NCBI GenBank assembly: GCA_029856155.1
Contig: JAHQWL010000068.1
Location: 1 to 24,170 of the forward strand
DNA length: 24,170 nt
DNA from: Promethearchaeia archaeon
Lineage (GTDB): Archaea > Asgardarchaeota > Lokiarchaeia > Sigyniarchaeales > SOKP01
Reading direction: 5' to 3'
In this document: piece by piece, positions 18,854 through 24,170 of the stretch
Layout of the letters: the number at the start of each line of letters is the position of its first letter
How positions within the stretch are numbered: the first letter of the stretch is position 1
The notes under the pieces: model-generated
Databases searched by the model: none
What the model was told of the DNA's origin: nothing
The model's input: only the letters and a program-made list of their open reading frames with translations
Position numbers and translations under genes: made by a program

Positions 18854-19058
18854 ATGAGTTTTGATTCAGAATTAAATAAAAATAATCTTATTGATAACAT
18901 TCATATTGAAGAAAAATCTTATAATGCTTTAATTCAATTACTGAAAAAAAAAAACAGGGCTAAATTTTAAATACTATAATAAAAATTTTATAGAAAAGCG
19001 TTTACATACTGTCCGTATCCGGCTGTAATTTTAAGTAATACTACGAAGAATATGATTG
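18854..19058 (+). pseudogene. Remnant resembling a CheR methyltransferase N-terminal domain, frameshifted in an A11 tract
   Basis: MSFDSEL...YNALIQLLKKK, then with one fewer A (tract 18944-18954) TGLNFKYYNKNFIEKRL...RIRL* (stop 19026-19028), then YYEEY; matches the CheR_N pattern LL...TG.dF..Y....I.rR....R.....y.eY. Confidence 0.5.
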
Positions 19059-19233
19059 AAGAGAAACCAAAGCTTATCATTAAGAGTTGAAATATTAAAA
19101 ACTCATCCAATCTAATCACTTCTTCTAGTTATATCCCCTAAATATAAAATTAAATTGTTTTTATATTTTTAACTTATTTATTCTTAATAATATATAATTC
19201 GAATTGGATTAATTACAATACTCAATGCTTTGA

Positions 19234-19332
19234 ATAAATTGGAAATTGCAGACTTTTATTTTAGCAGTTTTTGGTTCTTTTCAATTTATTGTCTTAACAA
19301 TAACAACTAAGATTTTCTCTAAAGGAGGATGA
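19234..19332 (+). pseudogene. Start-less fragment resembling the first TM helix of a membrane protein
   Basis: INWKLQTFILAVFGSFQFIVLTITTKIFSKGG* between two TGA codons; protein-like hydrophobic helix; family uncertain. Confidence 0.25.
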
Positions 19333-19421
19333 TATTTGTTTCTTGATTTTATACTAAAATAGTTTTTAACATTTAGATTTTTTAATTAATTATTCTTTAT
19401 GCATAGAAAATAAATAAGATA

Positions 19422-20165
19422 ATGACTAGAGAAACTCAATTAATACAACGATTACAAGATGGTTCTCTTCGAGCAATAATATTCGACTTTGACGGGACTT
19501 TATTAGATATTCGTCAAACCCTTGAAAAATCAATCGAAGAGGTATTGGAAAAAGAAGTCCAACAAGCAGATTTTGATATGGATAACACTATTCAAGAGAT
19601 TGGAGCTTTACTAGAAACTATTCAAGGGTACCCATTACCTAAGATCTTACTTGAGTCTTATAATATCTTCAAATATATAACAGCACTTAAGAATTTAACT
19701 TATTTTAAAAAATTACGTATTGCAATAAAAATATTTTCAAAATATCTAGAATATTCAAAAGAAGCGGTTTTTTTTCCATCTGTAAAACCACTTTTGAAGA
19801 AACTGAAGAAAAAATATGATCTCTTTATTCTCTCACATAACAAAACTGAAACAATCATTGAACATCTTGAGAAAGAGAATTTAAGTGAATTTTTTAAGGG
19901 TATTTATGGAAGTGATAAAATACCCGTTCAAAAACCAGATCCATTGGCACTTCAACCCCCCTTAGAAAACTATGAAAAACGTAATAGAGAAGAGTTTTTA
20001 ATGATTGGTGATATGCCATCAGATATAATCGCTGGACGTGAAGCGGGAATGTGGACTTTAGGAGTAGCAAGTGGTGTATCAAAAAAAGGAATATTAAAAG
20101 AAAATCAACCAGATTTATTGATTAATTCGCTAAATGAATTATTACAATTAATAGAAAAAAATTAA
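19422..20165 (+). CDS. HAD-superfamily phosphatase (subfamily IA, phosphoglycolate phosphatase-like)
   Basis: Motif I FDFDGTL, motif II ILSHN, motif III KPDP, motif IV IGDMPSDIIAG. Confidence 0.9.
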   Translation: MTRETQLIQRLQDGSLRAIIFDFDGTLLDIRQTLEKSIEEVLEKEVQQADFDMDNTIQEIGALLETIQGYPLPKILLESYNIFKYITALKNLTYFKKLRIAIKIFSKYLEYSKEAVFFPSVKPLLKKLKKKYDLFILSHNKTETIIEHLEKENLSEFFKGIYGSDKIPVQKPDPLALQPPLENYEKRNREEFLMIGDMPSDIIAGREAGMWTLGVASGVSKKGILKENQPDLLINSLNELLQLIEKN

Positions 20166-20172
20166 CCATTGA

Positions 20173-20403
20173 CTTGACTCAGCACCTCCAGAATTCTATA
20201 TTGATTCAGTTACATATAATTTCGCTACAAATACAATCATAATTGAAATGCCAACTTTCCCTTTTGGATTAATATCAGCTATGGGATATATTGATTCAGA
20301 AGATCTACCTCCAGAAATCCCGGGGTATAATATATTCCTCATTTCCTTGATGATTGTTGTTATATCTGGAATAGTAATTAAGAAACTACACAAAAAAAGA
20401 TAA
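20173..20403 (+). pseudogene. C-terminal remnant (or micro-ORF) of a Loki-CTERM-type surface protein
   Basis: 76-codon frame LDSAPPEFYIDSVTY...PPEIPGYNIFLISLMIVVISGIVIKKLHKKR*: IPGY motif (20317-20328), TM helix, basic tail; TGA directly upstream; first ATG at 20248, no signal peptide. Confidence 0.65.
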
Positions 20404-20623
20404 AAATCCAATTTTAACTCTTTTTTTTAATTCTTCTTCTTTTTTATAGTTTTTATTTATTCCGAATAATCTTAAAGAGAATTTATACGATAACTAATCA
20501 TACTTAAGAGAATCGTAAGAGAATCGATAATTTTTTATATAAAAGATCCTTTAAGTAAAGTTATAATTCAGCTGAAAAAATTGAATTTTATTAAAATTTA
20601 ATACTATTTTTAATAATTGGTTA

Positions 20624-22297
20624 GTGATTAGTATGGAACTCGAAAAACTAGAAAAAAAAGGCTACGAAATAGCAGCAGAAATGGAACGAAAGAAATCCAC
20701 TGAAGAGAGATTGCAAGAAGAATTAAAATATGAAAAGCGACACCAAGATTGGACTTATAAATTGATGAAATACAATCCTATTGATCCATTAAATGATTTA
20801 TATCGATATGTTATCAAAAGAATGGATTTAAAGCCAATAGAGGGACGCTTACAATGGTGGGCTGCTTATATATATATTAAATGGGCTGCTAGAACGTTCT
20901 GGAACTTCAAAGCTGAATACCCAAAAGGGAACATCTTTCCAGAATGGGGTCCCGGTATTCTGGTAGGCAATCATGAATCCCATATCGATCCTTTCTTTTA
21001 TGGAGCCGCTTGTCATAGAAGAATTCGCTATATGAGTAAATTAGATAATTTTAAGACCCCTATAGTTAAAACTCTCTTCAATAACCTAGGAGCGTTTAAA
21101 GTTGATCGTGAAAATCCTGAACGAGGATGGCAGAAAGCAAAAGAAGTTATCCAAGGTGGAGAATGGGTAGGTATATTTCCGGAAGGGACGCGTTCCAAGG
21201 ATGGAAATCTAGGAGAATTTAAAACTGGAGCTGTAAGGCTTGCTATTGAGATGCAAGTACCAATTGTACCAATGGCTGTTGTTGGCTCGAGAAATGCTCT
21301 ACCTAAAGGCAACCTTGTTATGAAGCCAACGCAAGTAAAAGTTCGTGTTGGTGATCCGATTTATTATACTAATTATGATATCAATAATGTATCTTATGAA
21401 GACATAAGAAGATTAACTGATGAATTAAGGAATACCATTTTTGAATTACGAGAGGGTGTATATGGAAAGGAAAAAGAAGAACTCTCGATTGGCTCACCAG
21501 AAGAAGTTGAGAAGGAATCCAAATTTAATTTCATGAGTTATTTGAAAGATCAAGGAAAAGGTATTATTAGGCTCATTGATGATTCTTGGTACGCTTTTTT
21601 AAGAAGTTTAGAGGCGTTTGGAGTAAGGACGCAATTTCAACACATAGTACAATGTTTTTCAGGAGATTTAGTGTGTAATTGGTCAGATCTCATGATGCCG
21701 TATAAAGCAATTGATTTTGATAAATATATTCCCGCAGAAGGAGCTGCACTTATTTGTCCTAGTCATAATTCTGAATGGGATGTACTTATACTGGCAGCAG
21801 CTATAATACATCATGAACCCCGACGTGTAGCGTATCAGATGGCAAAACAATCGCTATTTAAAATTCCAGTTGTTAATGCTTGGGTCAGAAATCATCATGC
21901 GTTCCCTTTAAAACGAGGAGCACATGATGTAGAGGCTTATATTTATGCAAAAGAACTTCTTAGAAGTGGTGAAGTTGTAATCACATACCCCGAAGGAACT
22001 ACGAATCTTGGACATGGTCAACTTTTAGAAGCCCATACTGGTCCTATGCGATTAGCTATTGAAACACAAGTACCTATTATCCCTATAGGTATAACTGGAA
22101 CAGAAGCCACCTATCCTAAGCATGCGAAAATGTTGAAGTTTTATAAAGGCCAAATTCTCAAATGTGGTCCCCCATTCATGGATCATCAAAAGTATTGGGA
22201 TAAGCCAATGCCAGATTACGATGAACTTAAGAGATTAACAGAAAAGATGATGGATCAGATAAGAGATTTACTTCTTTACGATACACCTGATGCATGA
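20624..22297 (+). CDS. Tandem two-domain PlsC-family (lysophospholipid) acyltransferase
   Basis: Domain 1: NHESHID, FKVDR, FPEGTRS, VPIVP. Domain 2: SHNSEWD, FPLKRG, YPEGTTN, VPIIP. Both keep HxxxxD. Start GTG 20624 or ATG 20633. Confidence 0.9.
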   Translation: MISMELEKLEKKGYEIAAEMERKKSTEERLQEELKYEKRHQDWTYKLMKYNPIDPLNDLYRYVIKRMDLKPIEGRLQWWAAYIYIKWAARTFWNFKAEYPKGNIFPEWGPGILVGNHESHIDPFFYGAACHRRIRYMSKLDNFKTPIVKTLFNNLGAFKVDRENPERGWQKAKEVIQGGEWVGIFPEGTRSKDGNLGEFKTGAVRLAIEMQVPIVPMAVVGSRNALPKGNLVMKPTQVKVRVGDPIYYTNYDINNVSYEDIRRLTDELRNTIFELREGVYGKEKEELSIGSPEEVEKESKFNFMSYLKDQGKGIIRLIDDSWYAFLRSLEAFGVRTQFQHIVQCFSGDLVCNWSDLMMPYKAIDFDKYIPAEGAALICPSHNSEWDVLILAAAIIHHEPRRVAYQMAKQSLFKIPVVNAWVRNHHAFPLKRGAHDVEAYIYAKELLRSGEVVITYPEGTTNLGHGQLLEAHTGPMRLAIETQVPIIPIGITGTEATYPKHAKMLKFYKGQILKCGPPFMDHQKYWDKPMPDYDELKRLTEKMMDQIRDLLLYDTPDA

Positions 22298-22317
22298 GTT
22301 ATTGAGGAACTATATAA

Positions 22318-23376
22318 ATGGAAACAAGAGAGCACCTGAGCAAAAAAAAATTTAAAGTTGGAATTCCGAGAGCTCTTCATTTTTATAGGTATTTTCCATT
22401 TTGGAAAAAATTACTTGAAGAATTAGACGTCGAAATCATTTTAAGTCCACCAACTAATAAAAAAATAGTTGAGGAAGGGGTAACGCACGGATTTGGAGAG
22501 CTTTGTATTCCTGTAAAGATATACTATGGTCATGTGTTGAAATTGGTTCGAGAACATCCTGATTTGGACTATATCTTTGTTCCAAGGTATGTAGCAGAAG
22601 TAAAAGATGCTTATTTCTGCCCTAAATTCTTATCGCTCCCAGATATTATCAAAATTTTACCAGAAGTGCCAAAAATATTAAATTTTGAAGTGAATGTGAA
22701 GGAGTTTCCAATAGCGACATCCGCAATCGAGCTTGGAAATCAATTAGGGAGAACTCAAAATCAATCTTTAAATGCATATAGAGGGGCTCAAAAGTATTTT
22801 GATGAATATCATCAATTTTTACGAGATGGAGCTCCAGTCAATCATGCATTACGGTTAGTGGAAAGAGATCGTCCATTTACCTTACCTAAAAGAAAGCACA
22901 AGGGTGACATTAAATTCTTGCTTTTAGGGCATGCTTATAATATTTTCGATACTTTTATTAATTTAGATTTCCAGAAAAAACTACAGGATCAAGGGGTTGA
23001 AGTATTTACAATCGAAAATTTACCAGAATCATTATTCAAAGAACCAGTGATTATAAATAAACGTCTTAGAAATTATTGGAGACATGAAGAGGAAATAATG
23101 CAATCAATTAGATATTTTCTCACTAAGGGTCGTAGCGAGATTGATGGAGTTATTTTCCTTATAAGTTTTGCTTGTGGTCCAGATAGCCTCATCTCTGAAT
23201 TAGTCATGCGAGATATGAGGGTTGTGGGGTTACCTTATCTTGAAATAATAATGGATGAACATAGTGGAGAAGCAGGTCTTTTAACAAGAGTGGAAAGCTT
23301 TGTTGAGATGGTGCGCCGTAAAAAGAAGAAATTAATGCTCGAGTCTAATAAGGCGAAATCTGTTAAATCGTTATAA
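22318..23376 (+). CDS. DUF2229 / 2-hydroxyacyl-CoA dehydratase (HGD-D)-like Fe-S protein (acyl-CoA dehydratase activase-related)
   Basis: KVGIPRAL..Y..FPFW, ELCIPVKIYYGHV, FCPKF, GHAYN, SFACGPDS, DEHSGEAGLLTRVESF; three conserved Cys; 20 bp after the acyltransferase stop, with GAGGA in the gap. Confidence 0.87.
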   Translation: METREHLSKKKFKVGIPRALHFYRYFPFWKKLLEELDVEIILSPPTNKKIVEEGVTHGFGELCIPVKIYYGHVLKLVREHPDLDYIFVPRYVAEVKDAYFCPKFLSLPDIIKILPEVPKILNFEVNVKEFPIATSAIELGNQLGRTQNQSLNAYRGAQKYFDEYHQFLRDGAPVNHALRLVERDRPFTLPKRKHKGDIKFLLLGHAYNIFDTFINLDFQKKLQDQGVEVFTIENLPESLFKEPVIINKRLRNYWRHEEEIMQSIRYFLTKGRSEIDGVIFLISFACGPDSLISELVMRDMRVVGLPYLEIIMDEHSGEAGLLTRVESFVEMVRRKKKKLMLESNKAKSVKSL

Positions 23377-23774
23377 ACTATTAAAAAAAGTCTGAAGCAA
23401 TTTATTAAACTTCTTTTCTTGAGGTATTTTTTCGTTGCTAATACCTGCTGTCATATACTAAAATAATGGGTAGTACAAGAGTACTTTAGAAATAAAGATT
23501 GAATAAAAAATTTTTTGACCATTATAAGCTCAAATACTCTCATTTTTACTACTATAAGGGGGGAGTTAGGGGGGTATCTTTAATTCCATTTAATCTTCTA
23601 GATCATGCTATAAATAGGATATATTTAACCTCTGTAAGGGACAGTCCTAAGACTAAATTACTTGATATGTTAGGCTTGGATAGGAGTCAGGAAGGTCGTC
23701 TTGACAGCAATTTGAGAATTTGGTATCGAGTTAGTCCGTTAAGTTCAAAAACAACTAGTTCTGTTAAAAGTTTA

Positions 23775-23792
23775 TGAATGAACGTTCGTTCA
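23775..23792. promoter_or_regulatory. 18-bp near-perfect palindrome, candidate operator
   Basis: TGAATGAAC-GTTCGTTCA, one mismatched pair; resembles operators of dimeric HTH (TetR-type) regulators. Confidence 0.45.
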
Positions 23793-23951
23793 ATTTCCTC
23801 AAATACTTTTTAACATACTAAAGAAGAGTACACTCGTTTTTATTGAAGCTAAATAATTTTATTAATAAATAATCTTTTACTAAATAAATTGAGTTTATTA
23901 AAAGTTCTACTGAGCTTAAAGAAATAATATATGTATTCAATCAGTATCTAA

Positions 23952-24095
23952 ATAAACATTTTTGTAAGATTTATAGTTGAAGAACATACAGGTGAGGCTG
24001 GACTTTTAACTCGAATAGAATCCTTCACTGAAATGATTAAGCACAAGAAGAGAATGCAAGCTGGAAAAAAGAAAGCGAAAAGAGGCGTGCAATAA
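23952..24095 (+). pseudogene. Start-less diverged paralogous copy of the DUF2229/HGD-D protein C-terminus
   Basis: INIFVRFIVEEHTGEAGLLTRIESFTEMIKHKKRMQAGKKKAKRGVQ* aligns with IIMDEHSGEAGLLTRVESFVEMVRRKKK of 22318..23376; in-frame TAA at 23949. Confidence 0.8.
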
Positions 24096-24113
24096 TCGTT
24101 TCGTGCAATAATC
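24086..24113 (+). repeat. 12-bp direct repeat CGTGCAATAATC x2
   Basis: Copies at 24086-24097 and 24102-24113 separated by GTTT; the first spans the remnant's stop codon. Confidence 0.7.
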
Positions 24114-24130
24114 CCAACCCTGTGTTTGAC

Positions 24131-24170
24131 ATGAGCGAAGAAAAACTAGCAATACATAAAAGAAAAGTAG
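24131..24170 (+). CDS. Partial CDS running off the window (MSEEKLAIHKRKV...), possibly the next subunit of the DUF2229 system
   Basis: ATG at 24131 with 13 open codons to the window edge; the position matches the usual DUF2229 -> HGD-D -> activase order, but it is too short to identify. Confidence 0.4.
   Translation, partial: MSEEKLAIHKRKV

Noticed and set aside
20160-20175. Selenocysteine/readthrough linking the HAD gene to the Loki-CTERM tail via the TGA at 20170
   Set aside because: The HAD gene ends in TAA in a different frame, and no SECIS-like element was recognised.
20196-20411. 71-aa minus-strand ORF
   Set aside because: Antisense shadow of the + strand Loki-CTERM-type frame.
13118-21312. 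ORFs 13118..13345, 13940..14122, 14820..15029, 15475..15858, 18078..18281, 19894..20082 and 21028..21312
   Set aside because: Nested in or antisense to long, motif-supported CDSs.
23371-23454. 27-aa minus-strand mini-ORF MTAGISNEKIPQEKKFNKLLQTFFNSL
   Set aside because: Too short and without recognisable homology.
23499-23777. 92-aa ORF as a real gene
   Set aside because: TTG start, no recognisable family, and it runs through G-tracts and hairpins.
23620-23800. RNase P RNA, SRP RNA or group II intron remnant
   Set aside because: No GAGGAAAGUCC or terminal RNase P motif, no proper SRP helix 8 with GNRA loop, no domain V motif.
1-24170. CRISPR arrays, tRNA or rRNA genes
   Set aside because: No regularly spaced repeats, cloverleaf motifs or rRNA-like segments seen.

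Overview
Very AT-rich chromosomal window, most likely from an Asgard archaeon (Lokiarchaeia/Promethearchaeota). The evidence is three Ras-superfamily small GTPases (one fused to a longin-like domain), an IPGY-TM-basic Loki-CTERM-type tail, a DUF1947/PUA protein and scattered beta-oxidation paralogues. Metabolic genes: 3-hydroxyacyl-CoA dehydrogenase, acyl-CoA dehydrogenase, crotonase, acyl-CoA ligase, phosphohexomutase, tryptophanase and a HypD-type glycyl radical enzyme. Most notable: (1) a degenerate Rab-like GTPase fused to a ribbon-helix-helix DNA-binding domain, with four ATGTAC boxes around its own TATA element; (2) a two-domain PlsC acyltransferase in an operon with a DUF2229/HGD-D Fe-S protein of the PlsA/Ger superfamily, suggesting bacterial-type acyl/ether glycerolipid chemistry in an archaeon; (3) a 2H-phosphoesterase gene split by a ~1.2 kb transposase-less insertion carrying a GC-rich DUF4256 gene; (4) several gene remnants not in the ORF track (CheR N-terminus, Loki-CTERM tail, a diverged copy of the DUF2229 C-terminus). 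No rRNA, tRNA, CRISPR array or transposase was recognised. All family assignments come from reading motifs by eye, not from database searches.
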